From Gammaproteobacteria bacterium (GTDB lineage: Bacteria > Pseudomonadota > Gammaproteobacteria > CBDBNL01 > JAAOII01), in NCBI GenBank assembly GCA_965209035.1, contig OZ242372.1, forward strand, positions 1,120,001 to 1,184,000: a DNA stretch of 64,000 bases, read 5' to 3'. Below the pieces are notes generated by a model that saw only the letters and a program-made list of their open reading frames with translations, was not told the origin of the DNA and made no database searches. The translations under genes were made by a program, and so were the position numbers. Shown piece after piece: positions 38,787 to 52,106 of the stretch. Numbering within the stretch: the stretch's first letter is position 1; each line of letters begins with the position of its first letter.

Positions 38787-40262
38787 ATGCCGAATCTCTC
38801 TTGGGACGCAATTAGCGTTTGTTTGGCACAAAAAATACCGACTTCAGAATTTGAAAGGTGGCTTTCTCCTCTTAAAGTAGAATGTCAAGCGAAATGTCAA
38901 ACAGGGGCTGGCCGGGATGAGAAAGGAAATATTGGTAAAAGGAAAAAAGAGGCAGCCGCCTCTTTTTTTAATGTATCTATCAAAGCGGAGAATAAATATA
39001 AGATGGATTGGGTCAAGAAACATTACGGGGAATGTATTTCTGAAATTGTTACGGAACTTTGTCGTTCCGATTCTTTGGTTCCAAAGATTCACTATTGTCA
39101 TTCCGGTAAAAAAGTTAAACAGAACGAGGCTATAAATACGAATGCGAATGCGATTATGAGAGCGGAAGATCGTTTCCCCGGCAATTTTCAGGGCCGAGGA
39201 ATTAAGGTTTCCGGTACGGCGGCAAATTGGACCAGTTGTGTATCACCCTATCCGACTTTTCAAAACTTTATTGATGGAAAAATTAACCGAGTGGCAAAAC
39301 GGATTGCCGTCAGTATTACTTCGAATGAGACGCGTGTTGGCAGTTTTTTCTTTTTTTGCGGAGGGAGCGGATTGGGTAAAACCCATCTGTTGCAAGCGAC
39401 GGCAAAAGAATTTAAGAAAAATAAACGATCTGTTGTTTATGTTCGTTCCGAGATTTTTGTGCGTTCTATGTTTCATCATCTAACAACAAAAGAAATGGAG
39501 AAATTCAAAGATATCTATCGCCATGCGGATGTTTTGATTATTGATGATATTCATGTATTTAAGGGGAAACCCAAAGTGCAAGAGGAGTTCTTTCACACTT
39601 TGGATGCCCGTTTGTCCGAAGAGAAAATAGTGATCCTGTCGGCGGATGCTTCGCCACAAAAAATGGATTATTTTTCGGATTCCTTGCGCGGGCGGTTGGT
39701 GAGTGCTCCTGTGGCGAAACTGGACAAACCGGACCGAGATACATTTCGTGCCATTATTGCCAAAAAATGTGTGGAAAGTAAATTGTCCCTGGATGAGCAA
39801 TGTGTGAACTATATTGCAGGGCGAGCCACCGGAAGTGTGCGGGAAGCGGAGGGTGCTTTGAAATTGGTGAGTTTTTATATGAATGTTTACAAAAAGCCGG
39901 CGGATTTGCCGATGATGAAAAAGGTGTTTTCAAACCTGGGTTCTGTGCGGAAGCGGGCTGCCAGGCCGGAAGAAATTCGGCGAGCCGCGGAACGATATTA
40001 TGAGTTGTCGGATGGGGCTTTGAAAACGGCGGGAAGGGAGAAAACTTTTGTGGTGGCAAGACGAATGGCGATGCTTCTTTGTCGCGAGTTCACCGAGTGC
40101 AGCACTACCGAAATAGGAAAAATATTTAATAGACGACATACTGCGGTTTTGCATGCCGTTCGTTGCCTTGAAAGTGAAATAAAGAAGAATGATAGTGTAA
40201 AATATGCTTACGAAAAGATGAAAAGTGAAATTGAATCTTTGGTAAATACAAGTGATTATTAA
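38787..40262 (+). CDS. dnaA: Chromosomal replication initiator (divergent)
   Basis: GGSGLGKTHLL, LIIDDI, QEEFFHT, SVREAEGA, EIGKIFNRRHTAVLHA; first gene of the dnaN-recF-gyrB block. Confidence 0.95.
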   Translation: MPNLSWDAISVCLAQKIPTSEFERWLSPLKVECQAKCQTGAGRDEKGNIGKRKKEAAASFFNVSIKAENKYKMDWVKKHYGECISEIVTELCRSDSLVPKIHYCHSGKKVKQNEAINTNANAIMRAEDRFPGNFQGRGIKVSGTAANWTSCVSPYPTFQNFIDGKINRVAKRIAVSITSNETRVGSFFFFCGGSGLGKTHLLQATAKEFKKNKRSVVYVRSEIFVRSMFHHLTTKEMEKFKDIYRHADVLIIDDIHVFKGKPKVQEEFFHTLDARLSEEKIVILSADASPQKMDYFSDSLRGRLVSAPVAKLDKPDRDTFRAIIAKKCVESKLSLDEQCVNYIAGRATGSVREAEGALKLVSFYMNVYKKPADLPMMKKVFSNLGSVRKRAARPEEIRRAAERYYELSDGALKTAGREKTFVVARRMAMLLCREFTECSTTEIGKIFNRRHTAVLHAVRCLESEIKKNDSVKYAYEKMKSEIESLVNTSDY

Positions 40263-40291
40263 TTATTAATTTTGATTAGAGGAAAAATAAC

Positions 40292-41413
40292 ATGGAAATA
40301 ACAATTAATAGCAACGACCTGCTCGGTCCTTTGGTGACTGTGGCGGGTGTGGCGGAGGAAAAAACAACGATGCCCATATTGGGATATTTGTATTTTCGGA
40401 CAAAAAATAACAGAATGACAATGATTGGGACGGATGCCGAGGTGGAAATTACCAGTCATTTAACTTTGCCGGGAGAGAGTCCGGATATGGAAGGGACTCT
40501 GCCGGCGCGTAAGTTTTTAAACTTTTGTCGGTCTTATGGATCGGACAAAGATATTAACATCGCATACGAAGATGGGAAGATTCGTTTGACTTGCGATAAA
40601 GGGCATACGGTGCTGTCCGCTTTACCCGCGGAAGAATTTCCGTTGATGACTGTGCCGGAGGGACAGGATAAAAAATTGCGCTATTCCATCCCCGCCTCCG
40701 AATTGCGGCGGATGATGCAAAATGTTGTCAGTTGTATGCCGATCAATGATGTTCGTTATTATCTGAACGGAATGTTGTTTGATTTTTCTCCGGAACGGTT
40801 AAACATGGTTTCCACGGATGGTCACAGAATGGCAATGGCCGGCCGGAAAGCGGAGCATGTGACGGAAGAGAAAATCAAGTGCATCTTGCCGCGGGAAGGT
40901 GTTTTGCAATTGATGCGTCTGATCGGTCGGCAAGACGAGGATGTGGAGTTGGTGTTTTACACGAACATGGTTCAAGTGATTACCAAAGACTTTACCTTTA
41001 ACTGCAAATTGATAGACGCCGCTTATCCGGATTATGCGCGCGTGATACCGGCAGATCAGCCAAACCGAATGGTATCGGCATACGAGCCTTTGTTTAACAG
41101 TTTAACCCGCTGCACCTATCTGATGACCGGTAGCAATAACAAAGTGCAGAAGGTGGAATTTCAAACGGGAAAAGATGTGCTGCGTATCAGCGCGGCCAAT
41201 GCGTCCGGTGAAAAGATGGAGGAAGAAATTCCGGTTACATATGAGGGCGATTCTTTTTCCATTAGTTTCAATGTTCGGTATATTCTGGATATTGTTGCCA
41301 CTATGCACGAAGGCAAGGTGGAAATGAATTTTACGGATGGAAATTCCAGCGCGCTGCTTCGCAAGGAAGGAGACGAAAACGAACTTTTTGTCGTGATGCC
41401 GATGAAGGCCTAA
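40292..41413 (+). CDS. dnaN: DNA polymerase III beta clamp
   Basis: TMPIL, DVRYYLNG, STDGHRM, YPDY, VVMPMK. Confidence 0.97.
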   Translation: MEITINSNDLLGPLVTVAGVAEEKTTMPILGYLYFRTKNNRMTMIGTDAEVEITSHLTLPGESPDMEGTLPARKFLNFCRSYGSDKDINIAYEDGKIRLTCDKGHTVLSALPAEEFPLMTVPEGQDKKLRYSIPASELRRMMQNVVSCMPINDVRYYLNGMLFDFSPERLNMVSTDGHRMAMAGRKAEHVTEEKIKCILPREGVLQLMRLIGRQDEDVELVFYTNMVQVITKDFTFNCKLIDAAYPDYARVIPADQPNRMVSAYEPLFNSLTRCTYLMTGSNNKVQKVEFQTGKDVLRISAANASGEKMEEEIPVTYEGDSFSISFNVRYILDIVATMHEGKVEMNFTDGNSSALLRKEGDENELFVVMPMKA

Positions 41414-41466
41414 CGGGCCCCCGAAAGGCCGGGACAACTTTGTAGGAATTTGTTTGGTTGTTTGGC

Positions 41467-42567
41467 ATGCCGGTTCTGCACAATCTGGAACTAAAAAACT
41501 TTCGCAATTGGAACCAACTTAAATTCTCACCCGCTGCTGGCATTAATTTGTTGGTCGGGGATAACGGCAGCGGAAAAACGGCAATTTTGGAGTCTTTGTT
41601 GTTTGTGTGTCGCGGTAAATCTTTTCGGGCGCGCAGCAACACCGATTGTATTCGTTATGGTGAGACGGCCGCGACCATAGACTCTTCCTGGCAGTCCGGT
41701 CGGGCGGTCGGCGGTGGCGGTAAATTTTCGGCACAGGTCCTTCTTTCGGCTTCGGGTGAGCGGCGGTTGTCCTTGCAGGGAAAACCGCAGCGGCAGAGGG
41801 CGGCAATTTTATCCCAAATCCCGGTTGTTTTTGTGGCGCCGCATAATCTCAATTTAATCGGCTCTTCTCCCGCTTTTCGCCGAACATTTTTGAACGCACT
41901 TCTGTTGCATGTTCTGCCCGAGTATCGCGGGCTTTTGGCGGACTATACAAAATGCTTGGCAGAGCGTAATGCGCGTCTTTTGCACCAACCGAGGGACTAT
42001 GCGCAAATGGTGGCATGGGACACAACTCTTGCCGCGCTGGGCGAGAGATTGGAAACTGCCGGCAATAGTGTTGTCCGCACTTTGATCAGCCGGATTGCCG
42101 AGTTGACGGATGCTCGCGCCGTTCCCCAAATCCGAGTATCCTATGCGCGGGGATGGAATGCGGATCTTTCTCTGGCGGATGCATTGCGCCGGTCTTTTGC
42201 CAAAGATCTGCGTTACGGCTTTTCCACTGTCGGTTGCCACAGAGCGGACCTGTCGGTTTGGTGCGGCAAGGTGCCGGCAATCAGAAAACTTTCCCTGGGA
42301 CAGAGTTATATGCTGGGGTTGGATTTCTTTTTTGCCGCACGGGAACAGATGGAGAATTCTTTGGGGACGCCCGCTTTGTTGATGTTGGATGATGTTATGC
42401 AACGCTTGGACAACAAAAACGGAGCATTCATTCGCGATTTTTTGCTACAGCACCGCATTCAGGCGTTGGTTACGGTCAGCGAACATCCCGCCTATTGGAA
42501 GATGGGCGGGAATCATGATGCCGGCTGGCAACTGGCAGACGATCGATTAGCCCGGCAGACGCAATAA
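41467..42567 (+). CDS. recF: DNA replication/repair protein RecF
   Basis: NFRN, GDNGSGKT, GKSFR, LSLGQ, LMLDD. Confidence 0.92.
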   Translation: MPVLHNLELKNFRNWNQLKFSPAAGINLLVGDNGSGKTAILESLLFVCRGKSFRARSNTDCIRYGETAATIDSSWQSGRAVGGGGKFSAQVLLSASGERRLSLQGKPQRQRAAILSQIPVVFVAPHNLNLIGSSPAFRRTFLNALLLHVLPEYRGLLADYTKCLAERNARLLHQPRDYAQMVAWDTTLAALGERLETAGNSVVRTLISRIAELTDARAVPQIRVSYARGWNADLSLADALRRSFAKDLRYGFSTVGCHRADLSVWCGKVPAIRKLSLGQSYMLGLDFFFAAREQMENSLGTPALLMLDDVMQRLDNKNGAFIRDFLLQHRIQALVTVSEHPAYWKMGGNHDAGWQLADDRLARQTQ

Positions 42568-42976
42568 CGAGTTTGCCGGTGTTCCGCGCTGTTGTATGTT
42601 GTGTGTTATGTTGTTCTTATGCTTATCCTTTTTTGGGGGTGGCGGGGCGGCGATTGACTGAATCGGCAAAAGGATAAAAACCTTTGAGGCGGTTTCTAAT
42701 GTGCCAGTTCCGCTTTTTTGGAACTCAAAATAAGGTAAAATAGAGTAAGAAATGGCAAAGGCAAAGGATAAGCGACTTTATGCCGACTTTCCGTTCTTTT
42801 ATTTTATTTTTAAGTTTTTTATTTCATATGTTTTCTCTCTTTAAGTTTGTTTGGAAGTTTGTTTGGTTTGGCTGCGTTATGCGAAGGACGCAGGCTGAGG
42901 CCGTTCCGGTATTGAGAACGGGAGATGCCGTTGTCTGTTGCTTCGGCTCGGAGACGGTGTCTCGGTGTCTCTATAA

Positions 42977-45523
<2,547 letters not shown>

Positions 45524-45714
45524 GGGATGTGTAAGGGATGTGTAAAGGATCTGTAAGGCGTTTGACGGGATTGACGGGATTGACGGGAGCGGCTGCTTTA
45601 TTGTGGGGCTGGGCTTGTAAGGGTAAGGACTGTGCCGGGACGGAAGGAGTGCCGCACTCGTTTTTGACAGGACTTCTTTGGTAGGGCTTCTTTGGCAGGA
45701 CTGGGAGGTCTTTT

Positions 45715-48700
45715 GTGAAGTTTGTTAATGTTCCATATGGAACATTTTTTATTTAAGGGGGGGAGACGATCCGGGGTGGTGTGTGTGAAGTGATGGCGAT
45801 TGCGCCGCGGTGCGCTCTATCTATGTTCGGATGCGGGCGGATCATCCGTGGAAGGCGGATGAGAGAGATCTTTGGAACCGGCAGTTTTTGGCTCGTTCCT
45901 TCCGATGATATTTTTACTTTCTCGCCCGTCCGCCGAAATGTTCTCAATGTTCCCAAATGTTCCACGTGGAACACTAATGCCCGTGCAACATTAAAGAAAG
46001 AGAGTGGTTTGCGGAAGGTTGCTTTTATTGGAGTGATGTAAAAGTGAGTCGGCTTGGTGAAGTTTGTTAATGTTCCGCATGGAACATTGTGAACATTTTT
46101 TATTTAAGGGGGGGAGACGATCCGGGGTGGTGTGTGTGAAGTGATGGCGATTGCTCCGCGGTGTGCTCTATCTATGTTCGGATGCGGGCGGATCATCCGT
46201 GGAAGGCGGATGAGAGAGATCTTTGGAACCGGCAGTTTTTGGCTCGTTCCTTCCGATGATATTTTTACTTTCCCGCCCGTCCGCCGAAATGTTCTCAATG
46301 TTCCCAAATGTTCCACGTGGAACATCGAAATCTTGCGAAACATTAAAGAGAGTGGTTTGCGGAAGGTTGTTGTTATTGGAATGATGTAAAAGTGAGTCGG
46401 CTTGGTGAAGTTTGTTAATGTTCCATATGGAACATTGTGAACATTTTTTATTTAAGGGGGGAGACGATCCGGGGTGGTGTGTGAAGTGATGGTGATTGCG
46501 CCGCGGTGCGCTCTATCTATGTTCGGATGCGGGCGGATCATCCGTGGAAGGCGGATGAGAGAGATCTTTGGAACCGGCAGTTTTTGGCTCGTTCCTTCCG
46601 ATGATATTTTTACTTTCCCGCCCGTCCGCCGAAATGTTCTCAATGTTCCCAAATGTTCCACGTGGAACATCGAAATCTTGCGAAACATTAAAGAGAGTGG
46701 TTTGCGGAAGGTTGTTGTTATTGGAATGATGTAAAAGTGAGTCGGCTTGGTGAAGTTTGTTAATGTTCCGCATGGAACATTGTGAACATTTTTTATTTAA
46801 GGGGGGAGACGATCCGGGGTGGTGTGTGTGAAGTGATGGCGATTGCTCCGCGGTGCGCTCTATCTATGTTCGGATGCGGGCGGATCATCCGTGGAAGGCG
46901 GATGAGAGAGATCTTTGGAACCGGCAGTTTTTGGCTCGTTCCTTCCGATGATATTTTTACTTTCTCGCCCGTCCGCCGAAATGTTCTCAATGTTCCCTAA
47001 TGTTCCACGTGGAACATTAATTTCCGTGAAACATTAAAGAAAGAGAGTGGTTTGCGGAAGGTTACTTTTATTGGAGTGATGTAAAAGTGAGATGGCTTGG
47101 TGATGCTTGCCGCCCAATGTTCCACGTGGAACATCGAAATCTTGCGAAACATTAAAGAGAGTGATTTGCGGAAGGTTGCTGTTATTGGAATGATGTGAAA
47201 GTGAGTCGGCTTGGTGAAGTTTGTTAATGTTCCGCATGGAACATTGTGAACTTTTTTTATTTAAGGGGGGAGACGATCCGGGGTGGTGTGTGTGAAGTGA
47301 TGGCGATTGCTCCGCGGTGTGCTCTATCTATGTTCGGATGCGGGCGGATCATCCGTGGAAGGCGGATGAGAGAGATCTTTGGAACCGGCAATTTTTGGCT
47401 CGTTCCTTCCGATGATATTTTTACTTTCTCGCCCGTCCGCCGAAATGTTCTCAATGTTCCCAAATGTTCCACGTGGAACATTAATTTCCGTGAAACATTA
47501 AAGAAAGAGAGTGGTTTGCGGAAGGTTACTTTTATTGGAGTGATGTAAAAGTGAGATGGCTTGGTGATGCTTGCCGCCCAATGTTCCACGTGGAACATCG
47601 AAATCTTGCGAAACATTAAAGAGAGTGATTTGCGGAAGGTTGCTTTTATTGGAGTGATGTAAAAGTGAGTCGGCTTGGTGAAGTTTGTTAATGTTCCGCA
47701 TGGAACATTGTGAACATTTTTTATTTAAGGGGGGAGACGATCCGGGGTGGTGTGTGTGAAGTGATGGCGATTGCTCCGCGCTGCGGCTGTTCCGCGGTTC
47801 GTTCTATCCATGATCCATGTTCGGATGCGGGCGGATCATCCGTGGAAGGCGGATGAGAGAGATCTTTGGAACCGGCAGTTTTTGGCTCGTTCCTTCCGAT
47901 GATATTTTTACTTTCTCGCCCGTCCGCCGAAATGTTCTCAATGTTCCCAAATGTTCCACGTGGAACACTAATGCCCGTGCAACATTAAAGAAAGAGAGTG
48001 GTTTGCGGAAGGTTGCTTTTATTGGAGTGATGTAAAAGTGAGTCGGCTTGGTGAAGTTTGTTAATGTTCCGCATGGAACATTGTGAACATTTTTTATTTA
48101 AGGGGGGGAGACGATCCGGGGTGGTGTGTGTGAAGTGATGGCGATTGCTCCGCGGTGTGCTCTATCTATGTTCGGATGCGGGCGGATCATCCGTGGAAGG
48201 CGGATGAGAGAGATCTTTGGAACCGGCAGTTTTTGGCTCGTTCCTTCCGATGATATTTTTACTTTCCCGCCCGTCCGCCGAAATGTTCTCAATGTTCCTA
48301 ATGTTCCACGTGGAACATTAATTTCCGTGAAACATTAAAGAAAGAGAGTGGTTTGCGGAAGGTTGCTTTTATTGGAGTGATGTAAAAGTGAGTCGGCTTG
48401 GTGAAGTTTGTTAATGTTCCGCATGGAACATTGTGAACATTTTTTATTTAAGGGGGGAGACGATCCGGGGTGGTGTGTGTGAAGTGATGGCGACTGCTCC
48501 GCGGTGCGCTCTATCTATGTTCGGATGCGGGCGGATCATCCGTGGAAGGCGGATGAGAGAGATCTTTGGAATCGGCAGTTTTTGGCTCGTTCCTTCCGAT
48601 GATATTTTTACTTTCCCGCCCGTCCGCCGAAATGTTCTCAATGTTCCTAATGTTCCACGTGAAACATTAAAGAAAGAGAGTGGTTTGCGGAAGGTTGCTT

Positions 48701-48890
48701 TTATTGGAGTGATGTAAAAGTGAGATGGCTCGGTGATGCTTGCCGCCCAATGTTCCACGTGGAACATCTGAACATCGGAACATTAAAGAGAGAGGTTTGT
48801 CGAAGATTACTCTTATTGGAGTGATGTAAAAGTGAGTCGGCTTGGCGAAGTTGGTTAATGTTCCGCATGGAACATTGTGAACATTTTCTT
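45715..48890. repeat. Tandem array of 8 units (342-464 bp) carrying parS centromere sites
   Basis: TGTTCCACGTGGAACA at 45958, 46309, 46654, 47001, 47118, 47465, 47582, 47952, 48302, 48751; TGTTCCACGTGAAACA at 48651; 9 degenerate sites. Confidence 0.92.
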
Positions 48891-49064
48891 TTTTGTATGA
48901 GATTTTGCCGAAATCGCATCAAAGAGAAAGAACATGCACCGAGAACGGTGAATATTGATGTGTTGCCGTATTCGTATTAATGCGCGGAGCAATTATCCGG
49001 GTGATTGTTTTTTGTTTCTTTCTTCTTTCTTTTTCCCCGTATTTTTAGAAAGGAACGCGGAAGG

Positions 49065-50594
49065 TTAACCGGCTGTTATTTTGTTCAGGTAGGTCTCGGT
49101 ATCCAAAAGAAGAGAATAGGCGGGGTCCTCTTTCGGCGTATCGGCGAGAAGTGTTTTTAGACTCGCACGAATTTCCGGCAGATCTCTTGCCCACACTTTT
49201 TGGCAATGGTTGTTCCATTCCGCTTTCTCGTTCTTTGTGAGGAGGTGCGGGAAATTGCGACCCTTGTAATGTGCGACCAATGCCGGCAATCGTTCGTCCT
49301 CAAAAGAGTCGGGGTCGGTTGCGATATTGCTAATTTTTTCTTCGGTGTCCTCGATGTTTGGGATATTTGCGATGCCCGCGCTATTTGCGATGCCTGCGCC
49401 GGATATTGCCGCAAGCAGTGCGGCATCCCGGTCGGTGATAAACTGTTGATATAACAGTTCTTCGGCGGAACAATAAGTGCCTTCCGCCGGAAACTCCCGT
49501 TCTTTGCCAAAGATTTGGCGAACCTTTGCGCGTAGGGCCTCCCGATGTTTGCCGGCTAATTGCAGATGGTTGCGTGTCTGTTCGCGATCCAGCGACAGGC
49601 GGGCGAAGATATCGTTCATCTTGTCTTGGGTCCAGGTTTTGTCAAACGGGAAGAGTACCGGGCAGTGATTGACTCGCAGGCCCTTAATTCCCTGTAACGG
49701 CGAGATGCCGCTTTCTTCGGCGACCGAGTGCTTGACGAACATTCGTTCGCGGGCCTCTTCGGCGGAGAGTTCCAAAAAGGGCAGCGGCGAGTGTCGCAGA
49801 TCAAAACAATGAAACAGGTTAGCTTGTCGCGGATCCCGAACAAGTGGCAAAACAATACTGCCGCCGTGATGCTCGCCGCGAAAACGCGAGGAAAAGTGCA
49901 AGAGCGGAGCGGAGTCTCGCGCCTGCAGTAACGAAATACTTTCTATTTTGCCGCGATGTCGCAAGCAAAAATCAAACAATTCGGGAGCATTATGGCGGAC
50001 GATCTTTGCCAGACACAGGAGGGCCCCGGTATCTTCCAACGCGTCGTGAGCGATGATCTCAATCCCGTTTGCCTGTGCCAGGTCTTCCAACTTGTATGAG
50101 GGAGTGCCGTCTTCTTTGTGCGCCGGGCGAAGTGTGTCCGGCGCGAGGACGGAAACAAGACGCAACACATTCAAAAGGTCCCACTTGCCGCAGTTGTTTT
50201 TGAATTCGTGCTCGTAAGGAGGGAGCAGGTTGCGATAAAAAAGGTAGCGCAGGTGTTTGTTGTCAAACTCTTCCGAGTTGTAGCCCACGGAGCAGGTGCC
50301 GGGGAGACACACTTCCCGATGAATACGCGCGGCGAACTCACTTTCGCGCAGAGCTCCGTTGCGTTTTGCGCCCTCGCCGATGAGTTGCAACGGGCTGATT
50401 CTATGCACCCCGGCGCTTTCGGGGTCCGGCAGGCGATCCATCGGCAGTTGGCAAAGAAGGTTGATCGGCTCTCCCAAAGTATGAAAATTCGCGTCCGTTC
50501 GCACCGCGCCGAATTGAATGATCGGGCGCCGCAACTCGCTGAGTCCGAAGGTTTCCAGATCATACCAAAGAAAAGTTTGCGGGTCGGGGCTCAT
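49065..50594 (-). CDS. sbcB: Exodeoxyribonuclease I
   Basis: FLWYDLETFG, GYNSEEFD, SYKLEDL, AHDALED. Confidence 0.92.
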   Translation of the reverse strand: MSPDPQTFLWYDLETFGLSELRRPIIQFGAVRTDANFHTLGEPINLLCQLPMDRLPDPESAGVHRISPLQLIGEGAKRNGALRESEFAARIHREVCLPGTCSVGYNSEEFDNKHLRYLFYRNLLPPYEHEFKNNCGKWDLLNVLRLVSVLAPDTLRPAHKEDGTPSYKLEDLAQANGIEIIAHDALEDTGALLCLAKIVRHNAPELFDFCLRHRGKIESISLLQARDSAPLLHFSSRFRGEHHGGSIVLPLVRDPRQANLFHCFDLRHSPLPFLELSAEEARERMFVKHSVAEESGISPLQGIKGLRVNHCPVLFPFDKTWTQDKMNDIFARLSLDREQTRNHLQLAGKHREALRAKVRQIFGKEREFPAEGTYCSAEELLYQQFITDRDAALLAAISGAGIANSAGIANIPNIEDTEEKISNIATDPDSFEDERLPALVAHYKGRNFPHLLTKNEKAEWNNHCQKVWARDLPEIRASLKTLLADTPKEDPAYSLLLDTETYLNKITAG

Positions 50595-52048
50595 GATCCG
50601 GTGCGCGGATGACGCGCGGGACGGGAAACAAAGCGGCCTGCTGGCCTTCGCTTGTCATAAGGGTTTGGGTCATTTTTCAGGGAAATCCGCACCACCCCGA
50701 TATTGAGCGCGTCGCGAAAACTTCTTTGCAAGTAACGCACATAGGATGCCGGCAATCTGTCCAGCCGTTTGCCGTGAATGAAAAAAGACGGCGGGTTTGT
50801 TCCCTCTTGGCGGACATAACGCAGTTGCGGGCGAATGCCGCCCGGCATGGGCGGTGGCAACTGTGTTGTCGCCTCGGTCAAAACGGAGTTGAGGAGTTTT
50901 TTATCCCATTCGCCGCAGGTCTGTTCGCGCACCTTGAGCGCGGTGTGCAGGAGTTTGGTGATGCCCTGTTTTTTGGTTGCCGACACAAATACGCGCGGCA
51001 CATAATCCAGAGAACTCAGTTGCCCTTCCAACTCGGCATTGAGAGAGACCCTTTCCTGTTTGGTTAGCAAGTCGGATTTGTTCACAGCCACTACCGACGC
51101 CTTTCCCATTCTGTGTATCAGATGCAGCAGACGCATGTCCTGTGTTTCCAAGCCGGTTGTGGCATCCAAAAGATAAAGGACAAGGTCGGCTTCGGCTGCG
51201 GCACCCAATGCTTCGGCTGTCGCTTTTTTGTCAAGGTCCTCGCGGATGCGATTTTTTTTGCGTACTCCCGCCGTATCACACAGGCGAATTTTTAACTTGC
51301 GGTGAAAAAAGGGCAGACGAACGGCGTCGCGCGTGGAACCGGGTTTGGCATCCACCAGTTGTCGTTCTTCGCCGAGCAAACAGTTAAAGATCGAGGATTT
51401 TCCGACATTGGGTTTGCCAAGCAGAGCGAATGCGGCATCCGCGGCATCGAAGGAATTGTCGAAACTGCGGAATGAATTTTCCGGTGCTTCTGCTTCTTTT
51501 TTATCTTCATCTTCATCCGGTGAGCGCAACAACCCCGGCATGTCGGCGACAGCGGCCAAGAGTTTTTTCAAGCCAAAGCCGCTGTGCGCGGAAACACAGA
51601 ACACGGGAAAACCAAATTGGTAGTAGTCGGCCGCCCGGGATTCGTCGCCAAAATCGGTTTTGTTGACGAGCAGAAAAGTGTTGTTGCCGGTTTTATGCAG
51701 TTCCCGGGCGATGCGACTGTCTTCGCTGTCCGGCATGTGTGTCCCGTCGCATACCATCAACACCAGGTCGGCAAGCTGCCCGGCCTGTTTTGCCCGGTCC
51801 TCCATTTTTTCCGAAAAATCCGAGCAGCCCACTGCGGCTGTTCCGTAGCCGGGGCTGTCTGTTAACAGGATATGCGATGTTGCATTTAGAGCGACATGCC
51901 CGGACAGAATATCCCGGGTGACACCCGCGCTGTCATGGACTATGGCAAGTTTCTTACCAAGGATTCGGTTGAAAAGAGAAGACTTGCCGACATTGGGCTT
52001 TCCGACCAAAGCGACCGCGGGCAAGGGCGATGTCCCGGCAACAGGCAT
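50591..52048 (-). CDS. der: Ribosome biogenesis GTPase Der (start uncertain)
   Basis: Two GKPNVGKSS G-domains, GVTRD/GSTRD, NKxD; follows bamB. Confidence 0.95.
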   Translation of the reverse strand: MPVAGTSPLPAVALVGKPNVGKSSLFNRILGKKLAIVHDSAGVTRDILSGHVALNATSHILLTDSPGYGTAAVGCSDFSEKMEDRAKQAGQLADLVLMVCDGTHMPDSEDSRIARELHKTGNNTFLLVNKTDFGDESRAADYYQFGFPVFCVSAHSGFGLKKLLAAVADMPGLLRSPDEDEDKKEAEAPENSFRSFDNSFDAADAAFALLGKPNVGKSSIFNCLLGEERQLVDAKPGSTRDAVRLPFFHRKLKIRLCDTAGVRKKNRIREDLDKKATAEALGAAAEADLVLYLLDATTGLETQDMRLLHLIHRMGKASVVAVNKSDLLTKQERVSLNAELEGQLSSLDYVPRVFVSATKKQGITKLLHTALKVREQTCGEWDKKLLNSVLTEATTQLPPPMPGGIRPQLRYVRQEGTNPPSFFIHGKRLDRLPASYVRYLQRSFRDALNIGVVRISLKNDPNPYDKRRPAGRFVSRPARHPRTGS

Positions 52049-52106
52049 AAAAGGAATAAGGGATGAGGAATGAGGAATAAACAAAAAAAGAAAGCCGGCA
52101 AGGAGA

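Noticed and set aside
45753-48922. Many 64-119 aa ORFs in the parS array
   Set aside because: Translations of the repeat on both strands (MFHVEH, CSTWN and VPRGT are the parS palindrome); no protein signal
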